Both the position numbers and the translations under genes were made by a program. The notes below the pieces were generated by a model. That model was not told the origin of the DNA. It did no database searches and saw only the letters and a list, made by a program, of their open reading frames with translations. This document shows, one piece after another, positions 9,099 through 18,263 of a DNA stretch of 64,000 nucleotides; the first letter of the stretch is position 1, and the number at the start of each line of letters is the position of its first letter. The stretch is taken from positions 971 through 64,970 of IMG/VR virus record IMGVR_UViG_3300045974_000041. The stretch is one strand, 5' to 3'. This stretch comes from a virus. Lineage: Duplodnaviria > Caudoviricetes.

Positions 9099-9123
9099 CA
9101 AAGATAGTGGAATGCTTTAATAT
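9095..9123 (+). promoter_or_regulatory. promoter of the tRNA cluster
   Basis: TTGACA-17-TAATAT. Confidence 0.65.
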
Positions 9124-9135
9124 GGCTTTATTAGC

Positions 9136-9211
9136 GCTGTAGTAGCTCAGTTGGTAGAGCATCGCACTTGTAATGCGGTGGTCGAGGGTTCGAGTCCTTC
9201 CTACAGCACCA
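9136..9211 (+). tRNA. tRNA-Thr(TGT)
   Basis: canonical cloverleaf, loop CTTGTAA, TTCGA T-loop, encoded CCA. Confidence 0.95.
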
Positions 9212-9213
9212 TA

Positions 9214-9300
9214 GGGGAGGTAGACCGTTAAATAGGCGGGACAGACTGTAAATCTGTTGTTATTGCAACCCACTAGGAGCATTACCTAGACACCCCACCA
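9214..9300 (+). tRNA. tRNA-Tyr(GTA), atypical
   Basis: ACAGA-CTGTAAA-TCTGT arm, long variable arm, CCA; T-loop is AGCATTA and the acceptor stem has two mismatches. Confidence 0.75.
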
Positions 9301-9351
9301 GACTTTAACAAAGCCTTCAAAGCTTCCTGATAGCTCAAACCTGAAGGTTAT

Positions 9352-9437
9352 AGAGGGTAGCGCAGCGGCTGCAAAGGAGTTTTGAAAGCTCTGCCATCTA
9401 GGAATAGGTGATTGTTCGACTCAATTACTCTCTGCCA
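9352..9437 (+). tRNA. tRNA-Ser(TGA)
   Basis: AGAGGGT/ACTCTCT acceptor, loop TTTGAAA, long variable arm, G discriminator, CCA. Confidence 0.8.
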
Positions 9438-9439
9438 AT

Positions 9440-9515
9440 CTATCTGTAGGCTAGTAGGTAAGTCGTCTGGTTTGGAGCCAGAAGATCGCAGGTTCGACCC
9501 CTGCCGGATAGACCA
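9440..9515 (+). tRNA. tRNA-Pro(TGG)
   Basis: TCTGG-TTTGGAG-CCAGA, GGTTCGA, CCA. Confidence 0.93.
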
Positions 9516-9516
9516 T

Positions 9517-9594
9517 GTTCTCATCGTATAATGGTTAATACAGTCCCCCTTTCAAGGGATAAACAGAGGGTTCAATTCCCCCTTGAGAACTCCA
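9517..9594 (+). tRNA. tRNA-Glu(TTC), atypical anticodon arm
   Basis: GTTCTCA/TGAGAAC acceptor, CTTTCAA loop, GGTTCAA, CCA. Confidence 0.8.
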
Positions 9595-9654
9595 ATTTAA
9601 AAACCTCTGACGCTTATTAGCATTTTAATAGCGCACCACAGAGGTTACTATTAC

Positions 9655-9873
9655 AGCTCTTACACAATATTGTTTATTGGCGCTAAGGGTTATTTACACT
9701 AGCCTGCAAAGGCTATAACAGAGTACCTGAAAAGGGCTTGTGGAGAAGGCGAATCATTGCCAGCGTAAGCTGCCTATTGGATTCGAGAGTGATGGAACAG
9801 GCAGGGTGGTTGCCATTGCACAATTTAGATGCCCTGATAAGTGAGTGTAACAGCTTGCATATCAGGGCTTTTT
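9655..9873 (+). ncRNA. putative structured RNA of unknown class upstream of terL
   Basis: three GNRA-capped hairpins, end-to-end pairing, and a terminal GC hairpin plus U-tract; no ORF of 60 aa or more. Confidence 0.5.
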
Positions 9874-9897
9874 GTTATCTACCGAAAAGGAGAATAT

Positions 9898-12366
9898 ATG
9901 GGTAGACCTCGTAAGGAGCCAAGGCCGAGGTTCGAGCCTGCTTCTGAAACGCAGTTGAAATTTTTGCAATGTCAAAGTAAATTTATTATTTATGGTGGCG
10001 GTTGAAAGTCCAGTGCTCCACCTTAAACACTCTTCTAATTGCTGGAATAGCTTGTTAGCAAGCCAATCAGCAGCGAAGCCTTTAATTAGGAACGTTCAAC
10101 GACTAGAGCAGAAGCTCGTAGTGCTAAGTGGCACGAAACGGAGAGGGGCTTGGTAGCCTAAGATATAGTCTGATCTGCATAGTGATATGCAGCTGTGGAT
10201 AATTCCACGGGGGTAGATTAACGACCTACCTTGAACAAGCCACAAAGGCTGGCAGTGGCAAGTCCCACTTAGCACTAATGTCAGTGCTACAGTATATCAC
10301 AGACCCTAACTTTAGGGGAGTGTTTATTCGACAAACTAACACACAATTAACACAAGCTGGTGGTTTGTTTCCAGAGGCTTGTGATATGTACAAATACTTT
10401 GGTGCTAAAAGTAAGCAAATGCCTGTACCAACTATCACGTTCCCTTCAGGAGCACAAGTACAATTTAAAGTGTGTGCAGACCCTAGAGATACAAAGAACT
10501 TTGACGGTGGTCAATACAGTTTGGTAGTATTCGACGAAGCTCAATGGCATTCACAGGCTGAAATTAGCTATTTGGAATCTCGTATTCGTTCAAAAGCCAA
10601 AGCACCTCATAGAATGATTTGTACTTGCAACCCTTTGCGTGATAGTTTTTTGTATAAGTTTGTAGAATGGTATCTAGACCCTGAGACGGGGATTCCAAAA
10701 CCAGAACTTTCTGGTACTGAACGTTGGTATGCTCAGTATAACGGAGAATATGTATTTGGTGCAACAGCTGAAGAGTTGATAGAAAAATATGGAGATAGGG
10801 CAAAACCTCAGACATATACATTTATTGCTGCTACGATTTATGATAATCCTATATTAATTCGTAACGTACCAGAATATTTAACACGTCTTGAGAACTTGAA
10901 ACGTACTGAAAGGGAACGTCTACTATTAGGTAGTTGGCATGCTAGAGAAGAAGCCGCAGGCTATTTTAAACGTGATTGGGTAGAAGTGGTTGACCATCCA
11001 CCTATTAACCCTGTATCAGTTGTTCGCAGTTGGGACTTGGCTGCAACACTTGCCACAGAATCAAATCGTGACCCTGACTACACTGCAACAGTTAAAATGT
11101 CTCGTGACAAATATGGAACATATTATATTGAGCATGCAGATAGATTCCGAAAACTTACAGATGGCGTACTAAAGGAAATCGTAAGAGTTGCAAAGGAAGA
11201 TGGCATTGAAAACCTCACAGCCATTACAATCCCTCGTGACGGCGGGGCTGGTGGTAAAACTGCCAATTCTTTCTACACTAGAGTATTGGCAGAACAGGGT
11301 GTACCAGTTAGAAGTGTTGTTATGTCTGGTCACTCTGGTAAAGTACAACGCTTTTTACCATTCTCTTCATTATGTGAAAGTGGTAATGTTAAAGTGGTAA
11401 GAGGTGAATGGAATGAAGCTTTCTTTAATGAATTAGAGAGTTTCGACGGTGGCAGAAAAGGTCATGACGATTAAAATTGGTCGTCAATAAACCTATTGAA
11501 TTCAAGGAATCTCTTCGATAGAATTATCCTAGACAATCTTGAGCGAAGCCCTTATAATATAAGGGAACGTGCAACGACTAGAGCGAAAGCTCGTAGTGTC
11601 AAGTGACACGAAGCGGTAGGCTCTCTCAAAGCCTTGAGAGAGATGATATAGTCTGATCTGCATAGTGATATGCAGCATTTACTAAAAATAAAGGAATCTT
11701 TATGAAAGTCTCAGAAGTTTACACAAACAATGCAGGACAGCAGTTTGAAATTGTAGCCATAGTTGGTAAAAAAGCTTTGGTAAGATTTTTAGAAACATCT
11801 TCCACTAGGTTAGCTTATAGGGAAAATATCACTGCTGGAAAAGTTAAAGACCTCTATTCCAAATCCACTAATGGGGTTGGGTACTTAGGAGAATTTGAGA
11901 AAAATCAGTATTGGAAGCAGGCTATGCAGTTGTGGCGCAATATGATGAAGCGCTGCTACACCGATGACCCTAAAGGGTATAAATACAAAGGTACAACTGT
12001 AGATGCTCATTGGCATTGTTTTGCTAATTTCCATAGAGATTTACCAAAACTGAAAAACTTTTCAAACTGGCTAGCCTTCTACGAAGGTAAGTCAAAAGTT
12101 CAATATAACCTTGATAAAGATTTGCAAGTAGGTAGTAACAATATCTACAGTCCAAATACTTGCGGGTTTGAACTTGAGAGTGTAAACAAGGCCGCTGGCA
12201 AAGGCGGCAAGAGACTGGTAGATGGGTCTTGGGTAACGTCCAAGGCTTAACATAAATGTATGTCGATTGTTGCTCTGATGCTTTTAACACCCTATCAAAA
12301 CAACTACAAATCCCGACCTTTTCAATACCAACATTAGCACAAGCCTCTGTAATTCCACGCCTGTAG
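9898..12366 (+). CDS. terL: terminase large subunit, three exons: 9898-10002, 10248-11471, 12259-12366 (478 aa spliced)
   Basis: splicing restores Walker A YGGG|AGSGKS and nuclease motif HDD|YVD..SDAF; exon 2 has Walker B VFDEA, TCNP and SWDLA. Confidence 0.92.
10003..10247 (+). mobile_element. group I intron 1 (ORF-less, 245 nt) in terL Walker A
   Basis: exon ends in U, intron ends in G; P/Q/R/S = AATTGCTGGAA, AATCAGCAG, TTCAACGACTA, AAGATATAGTCT; P1 and P10 can form. Confidence 0.92.
11472..12258 (+). mobile_element. group I intron 2 (787 nt) with endonuclease ORF, in the terL nuclease motif
   Basis: P1 TGACGAT/GTCGTCA with U-G pair; GAATTCAAGGAA, AATCTTGAG, GCAACGACTA, ATGATATAGTCT; terminal G. 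Confidence 0.92.
11702..12250 (+). CDS. intron-encoded HNH-like homing endonuclease
   Basis: W.NM..RCY, W.CF.NF, LDKD...NIYSP.TC motifs; own AAGGA RBS. Confidence 0.8.
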   Translation: MKVSEVYTNNAGQQFEIVAIVGKKALVRFLETSSTRLAYRENITAGKVKDLYSKSTNGVGYLGEFEKNQYWKQAMQLWRNMMKRCYTDDPKGYKYKGTTVDAHWHCFANFHRDLPKLKNFSNWLAFYEGKSKVQYNLDKDLQVGSNNIYSPNTCGFELESVNKAAGKGGKRLVDGSWVTSKA

Positions 12367-12370
12367 TAAT

Positions 12371-12420
12371 AGTGATATGTACGTAATACCCTCCCCTTAT
12401 TACTTACATATCACTTTATT
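12371..12420 (+). terminator. hairpin after terL
   Basis: AGTGATATGTA..TACATATCACT followed by TTATT. Confidence 0.55.
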
Positions 12421-12428
12421 CTCATCTA

Positions 12429-12456
12429 TTGACAAAAAAGAATGTCATGTTATCCT
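12429..12456 (+). promoter_or_regulatory. promoter of the head genes
   Basis: TTGACA-16-TATCCT with TG. Confidence 0.6.
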
Positions 12457-12497
12457 CGCCTTATTCGCGTTGAGACAATTATTAAAGGAGCCTACTA

Positions 12498-13997
12498 ATG
12501 GCAGAAGAATCTACTGCCTACAGGGCTGTTGATAAGGACACATCACTTCCTAGACTCAAACTTGGTGAAGTAGGCTTTACAGGACTAAGAGTTAGAAACA
12601 AGCAGATTATTGAAGAAACTAATCGTATCTTTCAATTTCCGCAATTCTGTAACCTAGTCCATGAGATGCGTCTTAGTCCACCTGTTGCAACAGCACTAAA
12701 CGCTTACAAGAATACAATGAATCGCTCTGAGGTTGACGTAGTAGTTGATGCAGACGCAGATGACATATTAAAAGAACGTGCAGAATTTATCAAAGAGTGT
12801 TTGCACGACATGCAAGATAGTTGGCAATCAACTATGAGTAGCTTTACACCATATCTGGAATACGGTTTTGGTGTACATGAAATTGTGCTGCGTCGCAGAC
12901 TGAAACGGAATGGTAGTAAATACAACGATGGTCTTGTAGGGCTTGCAAAGATAGCTCCAAGGCATCAGGACACAATAGTTGGATGGGTATTCGATGAGAG
13001 TGGCAACAACTTACTAGGTGTCCAGCAATCGCTTAAATCCCTACAAAATCCTGCAAGGTACTTAAACCGAACTGATGAGAATGGTAGAATCACTATTCCT
13101 CGTGACAAGTTTATCCTAATAACAGCAGACGCTACAAAGAACAATCCTGAAGGTAATTCAATCCTAAAGCCTATCTACTTGGCCTATAAACATTTATCAC
13201 TGTTGCAAGATCAACAACTGCTAGGTGTTGCTAAAGATATTCAAGGTATTCTAAAGATTGCAATTCCTCCACGCTACCTATCACCTGATGCAGATTCTGG
13301 TGAAAAAGCTGTAGCAGATAGTTTTAAGACAATTATTGATAATTACAATAACGGTACACAAGCAGGTTTGCTAGTACCTCAAATGCTAGACCCTGAAACT
13401 AAGCAACCATTGTTTAGTTATGACCTCTTAGAGAGTAAGGGTGTTGCTAAGTTTGATATTGAAAAGATTATTAATAGATTGCAGCAAGATATTTTAACAG
13501 CTTTAAGTTGTGATGCAATTAAGATGGATGCTGCCAAGGCCGGTAGTTTTAGCTTACAAGATGGCACCACAAACATGTTCACACTAGCTATAGCTCACCG
13601 TCTTAGTGAAATTGCAGACGCACTTAATACACAATTGGTTAGAACACTTTTTGAAATGAATGGCTGGGATACATCCAGTTTGCCACGCATTGTATTCAAA
13701 GATATTTCTAGCGCTTCTCGTGATGAGTTTAGTAGTTTTGTTCAACGTGTATTCTCAGTTGGTGGCATTGAAATTGACAGAGATGTTATGAACAAGATTA
13801 GAGAAGTTGGTGGATTCCCACTAAAAGATGATGATGCTCCAATTGACTACGACAACCTTTCTACTACATTAGCAGGTAAATCTTCTAGTGCTGCTGAAGG
13901 GCTTCAGGTAGGTGTTGGTAACGTGAACGGTGGGACTTCAACGTCTACAGTTAGTAGCGGTGACACCACAGTAACTAATACAGAGAATAAACCATAA
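12498..13997 (+). CDS. portal protein
   Basis: 499 aa after terL; YGFGVHE, NPEGNSIL, GSFSL motifs. Confidence 0.88.
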   Translation: MAEESTAYRAVDKDTSLPRLKLGEVGFTGLRVRNKQIIEETNRIFQFPQFCNLVHEMRLSPPVATALNAYKNTMNRSEVDVVVDADADDILKERAEFIKECLHDMQDSWQSTMSSFTPYLEYGFGVHEIVLRRRLKRNGSKYNDGLVGLAKIAPRHQDTIVGWVFDESGNNLLGVQQSLKSLQNPARYLNRTDENGRITIPRDKFILITADATKNNPEGNSILKPIYLAYKHLSLLQDQQLLGVAKDIQGILKIAIPPRYLSPDADSGEKAVADSFKTIIDNYNNGTQAGLLVPQMLDPETKQPLFSYDLLESKGVAKFDIEKIINRLQQDILTALSCDAIKMDAAKAGSFSLQDGTTNMFTLAIAHRLSEIADALNTQLVRTLFEMNGWDTSSLPRIVFKDISSASRDEFSSFVQRVFSVGGIEIDRDVMNKIREVGGFPLKDDDAPIDYDNLSTTLAGKSSSAAEGLQVGVGNVNGGTSTSTVSSGDTTVTNTENKP

Positions 13998-14010
13998 TAG
14001 GAGCCTTTTA

Positions 14011-14874
14011 ATGGCAAAGAAGCACAGCCTTTTTAGGCTTACTAACAGTGTTTATAACACTCCACATTTAACAACTGCAACCAATTTAGACTTCATTCTT
14101 TCATGGCTTGAAAGACGTAATTTTGATATTGAGCCTCTTGAGCCTACTGAATTCCCTGAAGAGGATGATTGTTGCGATGATGAAGATGAAGAGATTGTGG
14201 ATGGGTTTGGAATATTAAAAATTGCTGGCACACTCACTTATCAACCAGTTGAAGGAATGTGTGGAGAGATTGGATGCTCTTACACAGGAATTTTAGAAGA
14301 TGCACAAGAGCTTATCGACAACGGTTGCCACACAATTATTATGGAAGTTAGTAGCGGTGGTGGCAGTGCTAGTCATTGCTTCGAGTATGCTACATACCTC
14401 CGAGAGCTTTGTGATGAGAATGGTGTAGAGCTACTGGCATATATTGATGAGTGTTCTGCTAGCGCTGCCTATGCTCTCACCTGTATTGCAGATGAAATCT
14501 ACATTAATCCGTCAGCACAGGCTGGCAGTATTGGTTGTGTTATCTCTCTAATGGATACTTCCAAAGCAATGCAACAAGCTGGATTGAAACGTATTTACAT
14601 CACATCTGGTAGTGAAAAGGTTCCATTCGATAATGATGGTAGTTTCAAACAGTCTTTCTTAGATGATTTGCAAAAAGAATGTAATAAGCTCAATGAAGAG
14701 TTTACAGCATTTGTTAGTAAGTATACAGGATTAACAGTTGACACTATTAAAGGATTTCAAGCTAAATGCTTCAATGCTGAAGATAGTGTTGCTAACGGTT
14801 TAGTTAATGGAGTATTAACTAAGAATGAATTCGCAGCATTCATTGCCGCGAAGAATAATAACAAGGAGCAATGA
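14011..14874 (+). CDS. head maturation protease (S49 family)
   Basis: SSGGG, SASAAY, AGSIG. Confidence 0.88.
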   Translation: MAKKHSLFRLTNSVYNTPHLTTATNLDFILSWLERRNFDIEPLEPTEFPEEDDCCDDEDEEIVDGFGILKIAGTLTYQPVEGMCGEIGCSYTGILEDAQELIDNGCHTIIMEVSSGGGSASHCFEYATYLRELCDENGVELLAYIDECSASAAYALTCIADEIYINPSAQAGSIGCVISLMDTSKAMQQAGLKRIYITSGSEKVPFDNDGSFKQSFLDDLQKECNKLNEEFTAFVSKYTGLTVDTIKGFQAKCFNAEDSVANGLVNGVLTKNEFAAFIAAKNNNKEQ

Positions 14875-14877
14875 ATA

Positions 14878-15390
14878 ATGCTTGAAGCATTGAAAAAGAA
14901 ACTTGCTGGCGATAAGCCACAGGTAGATATGAAGGAAGTGACAGAACTGGCAACTGCTCTTGAAGCAGCTAATACAGCGCTGGCACTAAAAAGTAATGAA
15001 GTAGTAGAGGCTGTTGCTAAGTTGGCTACGTTTGAGGCTGAAATGGCTACACAGGCTGCTAGTTTGGCACAAGCATTGGAACAACTTGCAGAATTCAAAG
15101 AGCAAGCTGGAGCAAAGGCCGCTAAAGAGTTAGCTGATAAGTTGGCTGCACGTAAAGCTGCACTGTCAGCTGTTGTAGGCGATGATAAGGCTGCTAGCAT
15201 GTTGGAAGGTTTGGCAGGCTTGGATGATAAGAGCTTTGAAGTTGTTGTAAATGTTACAACAATTGCTATGGCTAAAGAAGAAGCTTCCCCAATGTTTCAA
15301 GAAATTGGTGCTAGTGAAGAATCCGCTGATAAGAGCAAAGTTCAAGAATCTCTTGAAATGAAGCTCTTGAAAGCAAAGTACAGTAAATAA
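14878..15390 (+). CDS. scaffolding protein
   Basis: Ala-rich coiled coil between the protease and capsid genes. Confidence 0.65.
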   Translation: MLEALKKKLAGDKPQVDMKEVTELATALEAANTALALKSNEVVEAVAKLATFEAEMATQAASLAQALEQLAEFKEQAGAKAAKELADKLAARKAALSAVVGDDKAASMLEGLAGLDDKSFEVVVNVTTIAMAKEEASPMFQEIGASEESADKSKVQESLEMKLLKAKYSK

Positions 15391-15438
15391 TAGCCATTGC
15401 TATTAGCTTATATTAAATAAAAAGAAAAGGAAAATAAA

Positions 15439-15858
15439 ATGGCTGTTATTGCAACCGATACCCAACGTCTGTCGAATCTGGTAAAGCAACTGGATGCAGA
15501 TGATATGTCGCTCTTCGTTGAACTGGTTACAGTTAATGAAGCTGCTCTCACAACTTACAAGGTTGGTACAGTGCTTGGTAAAATCACTGCATCCGGTAAG
15601 TACATTGTTTCAAAGCAAGCTGCTGTTGACGGTAGCCAAGTTCCAGCTGGTATTGTGGTTGGTAACTCTTTTGGTAGACCTGACGATATGTCTATTCCTG
15701 CTACTACAGATACTAAAGTTCTGGTGTTGGCTCGCGGCAAAGCTGTTGTATCGCGTGGCGCTTTGTTCTTGGATGCCAGCTTTGGTACACAAGTTCAAAA
15801 AGATTTCGCTGAAGCTTCTTTGAAAGCTTTGGGAATTATCACGGAAACTACTAAGTAA
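15439..15858 (+). CDS. head decoration protein
   Basis: GTVLGKIT..GKY...AVDGSQ; precedes the major capsid gene. Confidence 0.85.
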   Translation: MAVIATDTQRLSNLVKQLDADDMSLFVELVTVNEAALTTYKVGTVLGKITASGKYIVSKQAAVDGSQVPAGIVVGNSFGRPDDMSIPATTDTKVLVLARGKAVVSRGALFLDASFGTQVQKDFAEASLKALGIITETTK

Positions 15859-15910
15859 TTTGGTAGATTTTTCTACCTACTCTACCAAATAATAATAAAG
15901 GAAATAAATA

Positions 15911-16936
15911 ATGATTATTCGTTCGTTTTCAAACGGGTTCCAAATTTCTGATTGGTCAGAAGAACTCAATGTAGTACCTAATGAATGGGGTACTATTGGT
16001 CAGCTCGGCCTGTTCCAAGAAGAACCTGTAGCTGCTGATAATGTCACCTTTGAAGAAATCATCCAAGATGGTAGCTTACTGGTTGACCGTGTACGTGGTG
16101 ATAGAAGCTCTGTTGGTAAGGACTACACACGCAAGGTTCACACCTTTGCTGTGCCTCACTTCCCGCTGGAAGACGCAATTCTGCCTAAAGACTTGGAAGG
16201 CAGTCGCGCCTATGGTAAAGCTTCGGAAGAAGAAAAACTTGCAGAAGTTCGCGCTCGTAAGATGCAGCGTATTGCCCGTCAACACGCTTGGACTCTGGAA
16301 GCTGCCCGCGCTCAAGTATTGACAGCAGGTACTGTATATGCACCTAACGGAACAGTGTCACAAAACTGGTTTACAGAGTTTGGTGTTTCGCAAACTACTG
16401 TTGACTTTGTGCTGGGTACTGCTGGTACTAACGTTCTTGGTAAAATTGAATCGGCTATTGCAGCTATTCAAGATAACACTGGTAACGGTGGTGTTATTAC
16501 GGGTGTTGTAGCTCTATGCTCTCCAACTTTCTTTGCAAAATTGATTTCACACGCAACTATCACTACAGCCTATCAATACTACGCTTCGACACAAGACCCA
16601 TTGCGTAGTCGTTTGGCACCTAATGGTAGCGCTTCTGCAATGCACCGCGAATTCTTCTTCGGTGGCGTGCGTTTCGTTGAAATGCGTGACCAATATGCTG
16701 GTAGCCCATTGATCCCTGTTGGCGATGCTGTGTTTATCCCAACTGGTACAGATGCTTTCCGAACGTACTTTGCACCAGCTGGTCGCTTCGGCTTGGTTAA
16801 TACCCTTGGCGAACGTATGTATATGTTTGAAACTGCTTCACTCAATGGTACTAAGATTGAGATTGAAACAGAATCGAACCATATTTCAGCTTGTATGCGT
16901 CCTGCCTGTATTATCCGTGGTTTCAGTTCTAACTAA
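15911..16936 (+). CDS. major capsid protein (lambda gpE-like)
   Basis: 341 aa; VPHFP, IETESN..C.RP ending. Confidence 0.9.
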   Translation: MIIRSFSNGFQISDWSEELNVVPNEWGTIGQLGLFQEEPVAADNVTFEEIIQDGSLLVDRVRGDRSSVGKDYTRKVHTFAVPHFPLEDAILPKDLEGSRAYGKASEEEKLAEVRARKMQRIARQHAWTLEAARAQVLTAGTVYAPNGTVSQNWFTEFGVSQTTVDFVLGTAGTNVLGKIESAIAAIQDNTGNGGVITGVVALCSPTFFAKLISHATITTAYQYYASTQDPLRSRLAPNGSASAMHREFFFGGVRFVEMRDQYAGSPLIPVGDAVFIPTGTDAFRTYFAPAGRFGLVNTLGERMYMFETASLNGTKIEIETESNHISACMRPACIIRGFSSN

Positions 16937-16958
16937 TTGACATAAAAGTCTTTTAATC

Positions 16959-16986
16959 TTTGGGATTCTCTTAGGGGAGTCCCAAA
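16959..16986 (+). terminator. hairpin after the capsid gene
   Basis: TTTGGGATTCTC-TTAG-GGGAGTCCCAAA. Confidence 0.6.
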
Positions 16987-17021
16987 TAATTAGAAGTATT
17001 TAACACTAGCAAGGAAACGTC

Positions 17022-17465
17022 ATGCAACTAGATTTAACAAAAAATGAACACAAAGTAAGACTACGAGTTGGTGACTACCTTGATTTACAATGGTTTCCTG
17101 ATAGTGTCTATACATCTGTTCTAACTGACTGCAATAATAACATTAACAAAGCTACCAAAGCAATGGCAGGTTACATTCTAGGTCAATTAACACGGTCTAC
17201 TAAAGCCCAATTAGCACAAATGGTAAGCTATGACAATCAACAGTTTGACCAGTATTTACAATTCATTCATTTAACTATCACCAATCCTCATTATGATAGT
17301 GCTTGTCCAATACCTTACACTGGTGCTACACCTTTGGATGGTGATATTGGTAATTTCTTGACAGCCTTTCCTAAGAATAATATTGAGTTGCCAGTAGATG
17401 ATGACATGCTCTCTTACGCTGGCATTAATCCAACTGCCACAACTGTTACGAGCCAGACAGTATGA
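17022..17465 (+). CDS. head-tail adaptor
   Basis: VRLRVGD motif; position after the capsid gene. Confidence 0.7.
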   Translation: MQLDLTKNEHKVRLRVGDYLDLQWFPDSVYTSVLTDCNNNINKATKAMAGYILGQLTRSTKAQLAQMVSYDNQQFDQYLQFIHLTITNPHYDSACPIPYTGATPLDGDIGNFLTAFPKNNIELPVDDDMLSYAGINPTATTVTSQTV

Positions 17466-17863
17466 TTACAAATAACAGTAAATGGGACATAGTGGTAGCT
17501 AAGTTTATGAAGCTTTATGGATTTGAGGCTGACATAGTTACAGAAGGTGTAGCAACATATAATCCTGCTACATCTCAATACACCAAACCTACAATTATTG
17601 TTAAAGTTAAAGCTATCTTGATGGAACGTACCCTACCCTTCAATGGTGATATGTCAGATAGTGGTATTCTGTTTGGTGATAAAATATTATATGTTCAACC
17701 ACCTGTAAAATCTTCTCTGTATACTGATGTTGTATTAGATGAGCTACAAGCTAATAGGGATAGGGTCAGAATAAATGGTGATGAGTTTAAAATTGTCACA
17801 TTCAAGAATACAAACCCTTCCACAGCTGATAGCAGTTTGTGGGAATGTTATATAAGGAAATAA
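17462..17863 (+). CDS. head closure/stopper protein
   Basis: YNPAT, ILFGDK, C-terminal YIRK. Confidence 0.7.
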   Translation: MITNNSKWDIVVAKFMKLYGFEADIVTEGVATYNPATSQYTKPTIIVKVKAILMERTLPFNGDMSDSGILFGDKILYVQPPVKSSLYTDVVLDELQANRDRVRINGDEFKIVTFKNTNPSTADSSLWECYIRK

Positions 17864-17864
17864 A

Positions 17865-18263
17865 ATGGCTTTGCAATATAGTGTCGCAGTAAATAATGCA
17901 AGACTTGATGCTGTTGAATCTACTACAGGTGTATCTGCCAAGTTTAGAATCTATTCTGGCACAGTTCCTGCCAATTGTGCAGCAGCTGCTACAGGTACAT
18001 TGCTAGCCGAGCTTATACTACCTTCTGATTGGATGAATGCAGCCAGTGCAGCCAGTAAAACAAAGCTAGGTACATGGACTGGTACAGGGGCTGCTACAGG
18101 CACAGCAGGTTATTTCAGAATTGTAGATAGTGCTGGTACTACTTGTCATACCCAAGGTACGGCTGGTATGTCTGGTACAGACGCAATCCTAGACAATAGT
18201 TCGATTGCTACGGCTCAAACCGTTACAGTTAATACATTTACACTGAATTCTGGTAACCTGTAA
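17865..18263 (+). CDS. virion structural protein (accessory module)
   Basis: NARLDA..IYSGT.P..GTAGYFRI family; Thr/Ala/Gly-rich. Confidence 0.65.
   Translation: MALQYSVAVNNARLDAVESTTGVSAKFRIYSGTVPANCAAAATGTLLAELILPSDWMNAASAASKTKLGTWTGTGAATGTAGYFRIVDSAGTTCHTQGTAGMSGTDAILDNSSIATAQTVTVNTFTLNSGNL

Noticed and set aside
10278-11474. 398-aa ORF as the complete terminase, or terL as a pseudogene
   Set aside because: The missing motif halves are restored exactly by removing two group I introns.
14757-15200. Antisense shadow ORFs over structural and replication genes (also 34893-35549, 40199-40624, 52752-53333)
   Set aside because: They are mirror frames of Ala/Thr/Gly-rich genes, without RBS or independent motifs.
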